From Ginkgo biloba (Eukaryota; Plantae; Ginkgophyta): a stretch of 26,400 nucleotides of DNA. Positions 10,977-22,855 of the stretch are shown here, piece by piece. A program made the translations under genes and the position numbers. The first letter of the stretch is position 1; each line of letters opens with the position of its first letter. The stretch covers positions 207,843,508-207,869,907 of the forward strand of contig JANKJI020000002.1 of NCBI GenBank assembly GCA_024626585.2. Direction: 5' to 3'. Below the pieces are notes generated by a model that was not told where the DNA came from, did not search any database, and worked only from the letters and a program-made list of their open reading frames with translations.

Positions 10977-12010
10977 TTTTTCATGGCCCCAAATAGACCA
11001 TAGGAGTAGGACTAGGATAGTTCATATGGTTTGACTATAATTATTTTGTGTGTATAGATATTTGGGGTAAATATTATAACATTATTCGTGTTATGTATTT
11101 ACTTAATATTATTATATGAAACTCCTAACTAATGGATATGGATTAGATAAAATAAATTAGAATTTGATAATACACAGACATGGATTATTACATGACCATC
11201 ATTTATTATTATTGATGCCAATATATTGATTGATATTTTAATTGATAATATGAATATTAACTAGAACCATGGGGAGGGGGAGTATCCTTGGGTACCCTTC
11301 CCCCATAATACATATTTGGAGAAGAAGGCTATGGGTCATGACATATGGAGGTTAGGGTAAAATCCCTAACTATGCATGCATATATGTTTCCCACATATAT
11401 TTTTGTGTGTAATTAACTTTATTGTGGTGTGTGTGGGAAAAAACATAAACATTAATGAATAAATTCAATATTAGTGATTTGTGAAAAATATATTATGATA
11501 AATATTATAAATTATATAATATTATGATGATTGAGGTGTGTTATGTTAATGTTTGTAAAATGAGGTTATGAAAGAATATTTTAATAAGTTTAATTTTCCC
11601 TAAATATTACCATATATAATTAAACATAAAATTGAATCATGGGATTTAATAAATGGAGTAAGTTTCCTCATAGGTCACCTTACTTTACCTATCCTCACTC
11701 TCCAAGACTACTGCCTTTTCTTAATTAAATAAGAGAAAATATTATGAGTGAAATCTTCTAACAATAAGAGGAAATTATGGAAATTGAGAGGAGTGGACAA
11801 GGACTTATGTAGGAAGAAAAGAGGGAAAATAGAAAAATAATCATAATAATGACGAAGGAGTAATAAATCTAAAATTATTTATCTATTTCATGAGACAACT
11901 ATGTATCCTATTGGGAAAAGGAATGTTTACTTATGTTGGGTTTTATTTCTTTTAAGACATAAATGAATGGATTATAATTTTATATGAAAAGTGTGTTGGG
12001 GTAATGTAGG
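10977..12010 (+). mobile_element. LTR-like repeat copy A, left part
   Basis: 10977-11362 aligns with 18960-19330 (tcatggcccc...ggagtaggat/ac...atggtttgactataatta...tatgaaact.ctaacta...aaggctatggg...gggtaaaa). 11575-12010 aligns with 21357-21765 (taaacataaaatt.aatcatggg...aatggagtaa...tgggttttattt). Confidence 0.75.
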
Positions 12011-15000
12011 TACGTTGTGGGTCCCATACTCCACCAATTGGGATTTGTATGCATAGATTTATAACTCATTAATACACATTTGTTCATAATGATTATACAC
12101 TAATTTCTCATGCACAAATAATAAAGAGGCTCATTTTAGGATAATAAATATTCATTAATAAGTAATAGTATAATATCATTAATTATTTCTTAACATTTCA
12201 CATTAATACATGCATTAAATGATATTGATTACATTAGGATCTCATACTAAGAAATGGATTTATCACTTCTCTCTCACACTAAGATATGCATTTATTACTT
12301 GACTCATACAGTTCTCAAGGGAGATTCTCTCTCTCTTTATTAAATGATAGGACATGAATTTTCCTAAATTAGGTTATAACCCTAAAATTATCTCTCTTCA
12401 TTAAATGGACCCTTTAAAGGCATTAAATATGGCTCTATTAATGTACATTTAATGCATTATCCTTAAGTATTTTATAGGTAATAAATATATCTTAATTAAT
12501 CCTAAGTTGGATTGACTAAGTTTGACCACATCATAATTATCCTTTATTAATGATGATATCATAATTATACCTTGATTTGGATTAGATAGCATTGGCTACA
12601 TCATAATTATACCTTATTCAATGTTGACATCATAAAGAGATTTAAGTCAACCAAACCTATATTAGCCAAATTTGACTAAATCATAAAGCATATTATTTAA
12701 TAGAAACATAATAATTAAATCCTAATTAAAGTCATTATACCTTTGTATTTAATAAAACTATTATTTTTTATTTAATGTAATTCTTTATAGATATTTAAGT
12801 AATGACATTGATTGCCTTTGACTGGTGATTTTATTGCATTTGACCAATAATTTGACTATTACTAAAATCATTAATTTTATTGTTGATGTCACTTTTATAC
12901 TTCCATGTTATCCTTTATACTTCTACACCATCCTTTAGATTACCATGTCATCATTTAGACTTTTGACTAATGAAATAATGTTATTTTGACTTAGTCAATG
13001 TTGTCTAACTATTTTTTTGATTGGTTTTGACCTATATCAAGGTAGTTTATCCTTCATGAATGTAATTTTCAATACATTAAGATAGTTGTTTTCACCTACT
13101 TTAAGATGGTTTTGAATCAATTTTATCTTTTTTTCATATTGTTTCCTCCATAGATGTCATGTCATCATTTATTGTAGTTAGATGAATCTTATTGTCAATT
13201 TGCATTATTAGTTAAGGAGGAATATCTAGAAAATATATAGTTGGATACCATTATATTCAGTTTCCTCACTCAAGTGACTATCATAAGGAAATTGGTTAGG
13301 TTAGTCCAAATTTTATCCCCTTGNNNNNNNNNNNNNNNNNNNNNNNNNNNNNNNNNNNNNNTTGTTGTAATGGTTCTTATTGTAGCATATTATCATTTCC
13401 TCCCCATGCTAGATCAATTATAGTGTTGGCCTGGGGGTTATACTAGTATTTTTAAAGCTCTTAAATTTAAGTATTTATTATACCTATTATTTTATGTTAT
13501 TTTTTATTATTTTTATGGGATTTTATTATTTCTATATCATTATAAATTTTTGATATATTTCCCTCATACTAATNNNNNNNNNNNNNNNNCAAGAATTCCT
13601 TCACTTGAATATAATCATAATATAATTTTATATGACTACCATTAACCAATCTGGGTGATAATTAGTCATCTAATTGCTTCAAAATTATTAAACCATTACT
13701 ATTAATTTATTCAATGCGAAATGAGACAAGATGCCTTATTTTTAATTTACCTATTTTAGTACAAAACTTTCTATTGTATAGGATCAATTTATCTCATTTA
13801 TGAAAGGTAGATGACTTTATGTGTTATTTATTCCATGCTTTCTAGTACCACTTTCCTACCTTTTCTTTTTTCATGTCATATATTCATTTAAAGCCAAAGT
13901 AAGAGTGTTGGTTAATTTCATAAACTTTGTATGACTAGTTCATCTCAAACTTGGCTGATCCAGCATTTAAATTAGTGTTAATTTTAAGTTTGTAATTTGT
14001 GTTGGTTTTAGTAAAGTTATCTCTCATATAATAATTATATGTATATTTTGAGTATGATCTAGTAAATGATTATGTCAAAGCTATAGTACTTTAGGTATCA
14101 TCCTCTTCTTAAATGATTGTTGGGCCATGTATTACCATAGAAAATATTATATTCTTTCCTTTTTTTTTTTTTTTAAATGTATATAAATTCTAGTCTTAGG
14201 TTGATTTGGTGGCATGGATCCACTCTCTTCCTAGAAGTGTCAAATAGTAGTTCCCCTTAGGTGGTATTTGAACCACGGTGAAATATTTTGAAATTATGAT
14301 GCTAACTATATTCATATAGATTTTATTTATAATTTCCATGGGTCAAATATCAAATTGATTTTTCATTATTAAGATGAAATGATCAAGTGAGAGGGTTAGA
14401 CTTATAATGGAATTCTAGGTGTAAAAGGTATAATGTTCATAATAGATTCACCATCCATGATTATCCTCTTTATCTCACGCTTATCAATTGTCATAAAAAC
14501 TTGTGGACTAAGGTCAATATTTGGATTCATCTAACATAGATATTTATTATATTTCTTCTTCTTATTGCATGCTAAATAATTTCGTAAAGTATACTCCTAG
14601 AGATCTAGCATTTTGGTAAGAGATACCATTAGGCTTAGGTCCTCCACCAGTTCCTTAAATAAATTCATCTNNNNNNNNNNNNNNNNNNNNNNNNNNNNNN
14701 NNNNNNNNNNNNNNNNNATTTTTTTAGATTGATGCACTACAAGATCATCTTATTTGGTAATGGATTCTTTGATTGCTTTCAAATATAAACTATCATAATG
14801 TTTCACTTATACTTGATATGATTAATCTCCCCTTTGGCCTTTTCTTGAAAAATTCATTCAAGATACTCTTCTTCCTTTCTTATAGCTTCCCTAGAAACTA
14901 TGTTGAGTGCTTCTTTAATAGTAATGAAGAAATACTTCTATTTTTTTAGATTAAAAAAAACTATGTCTACCTATTTTTTATTTGTCTTCTTTCCAAATTG

Positions 15001-15252
15001 AGTACATATATTAATATTATAATTATCCCAGTCATCTAAGATTTGATTGAATAGGTTGGAAGCCTTATCATTTTTAGGGCAATCCTTAATTTTATAGTCA
15101 TTAGGGTCATTTTGACTTTATTTCATATTTTATTTATATCACACCCTCTATGGATGTCACATAATTATTTATTTTAGTTAGATGAATATTGTCCTCAATT
15201 TACATTATTAGTTGGGGATAATAATACCATAAACAAAGTAAAGGACAATAAT
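12011..15252 (-). mobile_element. ~3.2-kb insertion splitting LTR copy A; contains a Ty3/gypsy (Tat/Ogre-like) protease relic
   Basis: Absent from copy B, which runs contiguously across the site at about 21760-21770. Minus-strand KREIKRIIMDGESIMNIIP (about 14425-14480) and FTVVQIPPKGNYYLTLLGREWIHA (14211-14282) match the DGGS..NI and LLGRPWIH protease motifs. A ~100-bp direct repeat occurs at 13115-13215 and 15107-15215. The segment begins TGTGGGTCCCA at 12016. Confidence 0.65.
12525..12640 (+). repeat. Short internal tandem repeats (catcataattat-type) in LTR-like DNA
   Basis: (c/t)atcataa recurs at about 12529, 12557, 12599 and 12628, giving a ~70-bp doublet period. Confidence 0.6.
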
Positions 15253-16360
15253 AAATCTCTTATAAGTATTTTATGATTTAACCTTAACTATTATCCATCT
15301 TATGAAAGATTTAAAGTAGGAATAAGTTGTTTTAGTTGTCTAACAACCCTAGTTTATATAATTCACACTCTTATAAAAATAGGTTATATAGGATTGCATG
15401 GTCATTAGTTTGGTAGGTTTGCTAGACCAATCACTAGATAGATGATTCTTTGAATGAGAGCATGGTTTGAGTGAATTTTATTTATTAACATACTATAGAT
15501 CCCATTTAATATTTATAAGGCTATGATATCATGGATTATCAACTTTATGGTTGGGTGAATAACCCTCTAAATCTATATTATAAGGTTTAAATTACAATTG
15601 GATAAAGTTGGTAGAATATTGTATAAGAGCATAAAGGATTTTGATGCTACAAGATTAGCTTAAACATTAATTTTTTTTGGTTTGAATTATCTTATATATC
15701 TTCATTTTTATATCTTGACATATATAATATTTTATGTATATGACCTTCTATGATATATTCTTATTCTAATAGGAAATTGTTGTATTAAGGGAGATTGCAA
15801 AGTTGGTTTTACCTTGTGAAATAAAATGGAAAAATGTAGGATATGGAGGAATCCTCATGTTCTTAAGGAAATATGTAAAGTGAATGGAATATTTTGTATA
15901 ATAATGGAAATATCTTAGTGATATTTTGAGTGCACATTTATGCTGTCAAAGATTACATTATAATTTAATTTGTAGGAAATTTGTCTTATAAGCCATACCA
16001 CACTAAGACTAGTAACTATTATATTCTAACATGAAAATGTACATTATGGAATTATATGAAGAGGAATAATTGTTATAGATTAATATTATATACCAAATAA
16101 GGAGTCATTAAATTTATTTAGTATAAAACTACTTGGATTTTTTATTTCATGAAATTATTATGCATGACTATTAGTCTTTTATTAGACTAGTTTAAAAAAA
16201 AAAAAAAAAAAATTCTTAGTAAAAAATATTACTGTTGGAGCCTATTGGAATGTAATATACTATTAAAATAATTTAGTTGTTTCTCTAATTTAGGATCATA
16301 TTGGTTAAAAATTTATTATTCCCCTCATATTGATTTAATTATGAAACTAATAAGAGAGAT
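15253..16360 (+). mobile_element. LTR-like repeat copy A, right part
   Basis: Colinear with 21765-22845. For example, 15847-15960 vs 22361-22474 is ungapped, with about 21 mismatches in 114 nt by manual count. Confidence 0.8.
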
Positions 16361-16564
16361 ATGTAGTGACTAGATCCAACTCATCTCTATAGATTCTACT
16401 AAGATAAATAATATAGAATACTCATGTCAACCACTATTAAATGAATTTATTAAAATGATATACTNNNNNNNNNNNNNNNNNNNNNNNNNNNNNNNNNNNN
16501 NNNNNNNNNNNNNNNNNNNNNNNNNNNNNNNNNNNNNNNNNNNNNNNNNNNNNNNNNNNNNNNN

Positions 16565-18940
16565 TTCTCCCTTCTTGGATAAATTTATTTTGGTATTCTT
16601 GGATGACATCTTGGTTCACTAAAACATTGAGGAGCATGAAAAACACTTAAGAGTGGAATTGGACACCTTCAAGAGATACCAATTGTAAGAAAAGTGAAGT
16701 GTAAATTATGTATGATGAGGATATGGTACTAAGACACATAATATTAGAGAGAGGTTTCATAATGCATCCATATAAAGTGAAGGAAATCATGGATTGATAT
16801 CAACCTTAGTCGATGATTGAGGTTAGAATCTTCTTAGGCCTAAGTAGATACTTATATAAGTTTATGAACAAATTATCTTTCATATATTGACCTATATTCT
16901 CCTTATAGAACAACGACACACAATTTTTTGAGATTTATGAATGCGAATGATTTTTTTTATTCTTACCAGATGGTAATAACCCATTTGAGGTATGTATAAC
17001 TATGCATATTAATGTAATAAGATGATTTTTTATCCATAATGAAAGGATAGTATATTATATAAGTAAGAAACTCAATAACTATTGATTAAATTATTTTATC
17101 CATGATTTAGATATAGAAACTATAGTTCATACCCTTAAAGCATGGCATAATTACCTATTAAGAGNNNNNNNNNNTGTTTGAGATCCATATTGACCATGAT
17201 AATTTTAAATAGATTCTTACTTAATATAAAATTATTTTAAATAATTTCAAATAGATGGAACTCCTTCATTACTTTGATATAGGTATTGAATAGCCAAAAG
17301 GAAATTAAAATAAAGTGTCCAATGCAATCAATCATCTAAGGAATATATCATGCTTGACATTAATCATGACTCAAGTGATGGATTTAATTAAGTATATATA
17401 NNNNNNNNNNNNNNNNNNNNNNNNNNNNNNNNNAGAAAAGTAATAGAATAAATAATAGAATCTAAAAAATTCCCTAGGCATGTTATTTTAGAGGATGGAT
17501 TCCTTTAAGTCTATGATAGAATTTATGTTATAGAAGTAGGTGAGATACGAAAGAAATTATTTCATAAATCCCATAATATATTTTTATCCAAACATCCTCA
17601 TTATGAAAAAACATATCAATAGTTTAAGGACTATTATTTATAGTGTATAAGGAAGAAATACTCAAATAAATATGTGGCCTAATATATCTAATGGAAGAAA
17701 TTGAAATCAGTTCATTAGTACTCAGTAGGACTACTTCAACCTTTAGAGATATTGAAATAAAAATGGGAATATATTATGATGGATTTCAGCATAGAATTAC
17801 CCTTCAGTTAATGACAACATGAAGCTATTATGGATATCATGTATAGGTTAACAAAGTTAGTACACTTTGTGGGAGTTTATACTAAATACTTGACAAAAAT
17901 GATTGTAACTATTTTTGTTAAAAATATATGAATTTTCATAGGATACTATAAAGAATTGTATCATATACAGATTCAAAGTTTATATCTTAACTTTGGAAAT
18001 AAATATTAGTGCACATGGAACAAAAATAAATTTCATTAAAACTTACCATCCATAAAAAAACGATCAAAATAATTTAAGGGTCAATCAATTTTGATAAGAT
18101 ATGCTTAAAATATATATGTGATGAATAAACTAGGAAGTTGGAAATATTACCTTAATCTAGAAAATTTCACAGGAATAACATGGATAATAAATATCCTAGA
18201 ATAATCCCTTATAGGATTTATATGGAAGGNNNNNNNNNNNNNNNNNNNNNNNNNNNNNNNNNNNNNNNNNNNNNNNNNNNNNNNNNNNNNNNNNNNNNNN
18301 NNNNNNNNNNNNNNNNNNNNNNNNNNNNNGAAGGAAATGTAATACATCATCAAGATGGATAAATTTTTAAGATAGATTTGTCATGGGGCCTCATCTTACA
18401 TAGGAAATGGAAGAATAAGTATGATAGATAAGAAAATACTTAAGGTGTCTTAAGAAATGAATAAGAGCTATGTGGATCTAAAGAGAAGACCAAATATATT
18501 TTTATTGGGATATTAAGTGTTCATATGCATTATTCTCAAATATAGCACATTATTAAAAGGAAATTATTTAAAACTCAAATATAGATATTGTGGCCCATTT
18601 AAGACATTAAGTAGAGTAGGGGAATATGGTATATGAATTATCTCTACCTATGAAAGTTAAATTTAATAATATATTTAATATTTTAGTGTCATATAAATAT
18701 ATATCTAATCCAAATTAAATTATTTATTTTTCAATGATTTACTTAGAAATAGATCTATAATTTATTACAAAAATAAAAGGGATCCTAGCATCTCGTACTA
18801 AGTAGCTAAGGAGTAGGGATATATTAGAGTTTCTAGTATTATGGGAGCATTAGGATTTAGATTAATCCACCTAAGATAAGTATGACTTAATTGAATTGAC
18901 ATTCTCATAGCCTTTTGAGGATAGAACCCATTCTAAGGAA
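16565..18940 (+). pseudogene. Decayed Ty3/gypsy chromovirus pol: RT (C-terminal half), RNase H, integrase, chromodomain
   Basis: RT: PFLDKFILVFLDDILVH (DD at 16602-16607), EHEKHLRV, EVRIFLGL. RNase H: YISKKL..NYFIHDLDIETIVHTLKAWHNYLL. Integrase: GLLQPLEILK*KWEYIMMDF, RLTKLVHF, RIVSYTDSKF, TYHP, GPY/F motif YCGPF. Chromodomain-like: EFLVLWE..ST*. The RT-RH-INT order is diagnostic of Ty3/gypsy. Confidence 0.93.
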
Positions 18941-18959
18941 AACATCCCTTTTTTAGGGA

Positions 18960-19330
18960 TGTAATTCTCATGGCCCCACATAGGATATGGAGTAGGATCT
19001 AGATGGTTTGACTATAATTATCTTAGGAATGCATATATTTTGTTTAAATATGATAACCATTATATGTGTTCCTTATTTACTTAATAGTATCATATGAAAC
19101 TTCTAACTAGCGATTATGGATTATTACTATTTGATATACATGGTTATGGATTATATTAGGGTTATCATTTGGTATTATTGATATGTTGGCATATTTTGAT
19201 TAGAATTTGAATTGATAATGTGGAAATTAACTAATATAAGGGAGATGTGGAGTTCTATAGTTTTTCCTTCCCATAGTATATCTTTAAAGAGAAAGGCTAT
19301 GGGCAACGACATAAGGGGGTTGGGGTAAAA
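18960..19330 (+). mobile_element. 3' LTR (copy B), left part
   Basis: Starts TGTAAT at 18960, right after the pol end and a decayed purine tract (ttttaggga). Homologous to 10977-11362. Confidence 0.75.
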
Positions 19331-19430
19331 NNNNNNNNNNNNNNNNNNNNNNNNNNNNNNNNNNNNNNNNNNNNNNNNNNNNNNNNNNNNNNNNNNNNNN
19401 NNNNNNNNNNNNNNNNNNNNNNNNNNNNNN

Positions 19431-21256
19431 GATTTTTTATACATCTTGATTTTGTATGTGACCCAATATTGCAACCCAATAACACTTGCAAACCTACCAT
19501 GACACCCGTATAGAATCATATCAAAATATTCTAAGGTCAGAAATAATTGCATAAGTTCAAAAGAATCTAACTCATAAAATCATATACACAAGATCTCATA
19601 AATATAAGATATTGGATAAAAAATAAGAATATCTCAATTAAAAAGTATGTAAGAGTACATGTGTGTAAAGATTGCAATATGTCTAATGTATAATATTCAA
19701 GAACACAAGGNNNNNNNNNNTATTTTATACAAAATATATTGCACAAATAAGGTAACATAATCTCTCTTATAGGAAATATCCCCATGGACACTTCCATTAG
19801 GCTATGCATTCATACATACTATCCAAATAATGTTTGATAATAGTAATATGCTTATGCACATCTTCTATCCTGAATTGGTATCCATGTTAGGATCCAAATA
19901 TAGAGAGATGCCAAAGAGAAAAATATAAAAAGAAAAAATATAATAATAATAATAAATAAATGTGAATAATACTCTCATATTATTACTAAATATAATCCTC
20001 TCTAAGAATATTCATGGTCATATCCTCCTTAGCTAGGATAGATCCCATAGGACCACATGCTATCCCCCCTTTTGGTACTCAATGGAAAATTGATTCCTCT
20101 CCCCTAAGTAAGAAATTAACCCCATTTCTTGGTCCAAGAAATGCAATAATTATCTATTCAACATATCCAAAGTAACCTAATATAGGTATTGACCTTTCCA
20201 AAAATTAATGAGCCCAAAGTATAAGGCCTTATCTTTGGATTTATTTGAGTATCTAAAATTAACTTAAAATCCTTCCTAAGTGTGGTAAAAAAAACTTTAT
20301 AGAATATTTTACCACCCCATTTTATTTTATACTAGTCACCAAAATGGTAGACTTAAGACCTTGAATTGATTTGAGGAAGGAAGGTTCTCCTTCCTTCATC
20401 AAATCATATTTTCCTAGATAAAGAATATTCTTGTCCTTCCTATCAATAAAGAGGGGATCCAAAGTAGAACACTCACATAATACATGGGCAATACATCACA
20501 TGTATCCTCATTAATATATTCCATAGTGATAGTAAATAAAAAATGAGACTAATGGGTATCTTAATCACTCCCATCTCTATTTTTTCTAGTGATATCATAA
20601 GGGTCATGGTGCTCCTCAAACTCCAACCCCAAATCCTTGACCATAGAAGATGAAAATAAGTTCTTCTCAATGCCACTATTAATAATGGATGTTACTAATC
20701 TATTCTTAAGCTACAACATTAATTTTAAGAGGTTATCACAATCCTTACTCTTGTATTTTATGTTGATAAGGGAAATAGAATTATCTAGCTCATTTGAAGT
20801 TACATAAAATTCTTACACTCACCTCTTTTCTTTATTATTCCACTTATCTATTAATATTGGTGTATTTTTTAGATGAAGTTGGTAATAATGGTCCTCATAA
20901 TATCCCTATTTACCATAGTTTACACATGTCTTCAACCTATCATAACCTATCTACTTCTTGAAACTTGTATTCTTCCTATAAACACCTCTCTTAATTATTA
21001 TTCTATTATTGGAATAAGTATAAGAACTAGATGATGTAGTAAAATCAGGGTAATAATTCCTCTTATCCTTTTCTTTTGAATCCTTCCTTATGGTCTCAAT
21101 ATTTTAAGAAAACCTATATGCCTCCTGAATATATTTGAGTGACAACAACTCCATATCATGTCTCAAATGGTTAGGTAGTCCTCTTATGAACTTGACTACC
21201 ATATTATCAATTGATTATTCAATGTCCAACTAAATAGAAATATCTTGGTACTTTTT
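19431..21256 (-). mobile_element. Nested, internally deleted Ty3/gypsy element: gag, zinc knuckle, protease, then chromodomain-like segment, PPT and LTR; no RT/RH/INT core
   Basis: Minus strand: MVVKFIRGLPNHLRHDMELLSL..IQEAY (gag); CVNYGK*GYYEDHYYQLH (decayed CCHC); SIINSGIEKNL...VKDLGLEFEEHHDPY and TCDVLPM..VSVLL (protease); ILDTQ..KIR..LI/WKGQ (chromodomain-like); then AAAAGGGGGGATAGCA-TGTGGTCC (PPT, LTR start at 20057). Both ends abut 100-N gaps. Confidence 0.72.
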
Positions 21257-21356
21257 NNNNNNNNNNNNNNNNNNNNNNNNNNNNNNNNNNNNNNNNNNNN
21301 NNNNNNNNNNNNNNNNNNNNNNNNNNNNNNNNNNNNNNNNNNNNNNNNNNNNNNNN

Positions 21357-22855
21357 AATATTATAGTAAATATTTTCTTTAAAGAGTCTTATATAAGAGT
21401 AAACATAAAATTAAATCATGGGGTTAAACTAATGGAGTAATTTTACTTATAAAAAAATCCAATTTTCCTATCATTACTTTCTAAGACCGTTACCATTCCC
21501 TACTTAAATAAGAGGGAATCTTGTTAGTGAAATCTCTTAGTAATGAGTGAGTAGTTGTAAAAATTAGGGGACTAAAGGACCTACATAGTAAGTAAAAATG
21601 GAAAGGGAAAAATACTAATGAATTTGAATTATCTATTTTTTGCATGAGATAACTAGGTCTATTTTTTAGAAAATAATATTTAACTTATCTTGGGTTTTAT
21701 TTATTTCAACACATGAATTAATGGACTAGAATTTTACATAAAAATGGAATGGAAATAATAGGAGATCTTATGAGGATTTTATTAATTGGCCTTGTTTATT
21801 TATAACCTTATACAATATTGTAAGTGGGAATAAGTTTTTTTTAATTTTTATTCAACCTATTTTAAAAAATTCACATTGCTAAAAAATAGGTTAGATAGAA
21901 TTCTGTGGTTATTAGTTTTGCATGTAGGCTAGAGTGAGAACTAGCTAGTTAATTCTTTGAATGGATGTATTATTTGAGTGCATTCCACTTATTAATATAC
22001 TATATATCCCCTCTATAATTTTAATGGGATGATTTGGTAGATTACCAATTTTATGGTTGAGTGGAATAACCCTCTGAAGTTGTATTATGGTCCCTAACAT
22101 GCAAATTATAGTTGGGTAAAGGTGATGGTATATTGTGGAAGAATAGAAATCATATATGTGTTATGAGATTAATTAAAATAATAATTTTTCTAATTTTAAT
22201 AAGTTAGTATATCTTTCTTTACATATCTTAAAAGATATAATTTTTACGTATGTGACATTTCTTGAGATACTTCTATTTTATTAAGAAATTTTCTATATTA
22301 AGGAATATTGAACAGATGGTTTTTCCTTCTGATCCAAAGTTAGAAAATATAGGATATTATAGGAATCCTCATGTGATAAAAAAAATATATAAATGGGATC
22401 TAATATTTTGTATAATAATATAAATATCTGAGTGAAACTTTGAGTGAATGTTCATGTTGTCAAAGATTACATTAGATTTTTTTTTATAGAAATCTACACT
22501 ATAATATTTTGACATGAAAATGTATATTATGGAATCTTATGAAGTGGAACAAGTGTTGTAATTTACTCTTATATACCAAATAAAGAGTTATTACAATTNN
22601 NNNNNNNNAGTATAAAACTACCATAATTCTTTATTTCATGAAATTCTTATGCATGACCACTGATTTTTAATTAGATTAGTTTCTTTAAAAATATAATGCT
22701 TAGTACCAAAAATTAAAATTGGATCCTATTATACTACAAAATATTATTGAAAATTTTTATTTACACCTCAATTTTAGGAGCATACTAGTTTAAAATTAAT
22801 CTTGCCTGTCATATCAAACTAATTATGAAATGAATAAGAGAGTTCCACAGGGATT
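21357..22855 (+). mobile_element. 3' LTR (copy B), right part
   Basis: Aligns contiguously to 11575-12010 joined to 15253-16360; truncated by the N gap at 22856. Confidence 0.8.

Noticed and set aside
13239-13250. PBS-like gttggatacca (also gatacca at about 6634 and 14622)
   Set aside because: Only 7 nt match the tRNA-Met PBS, and positions are not consistent with a defined LTR end.
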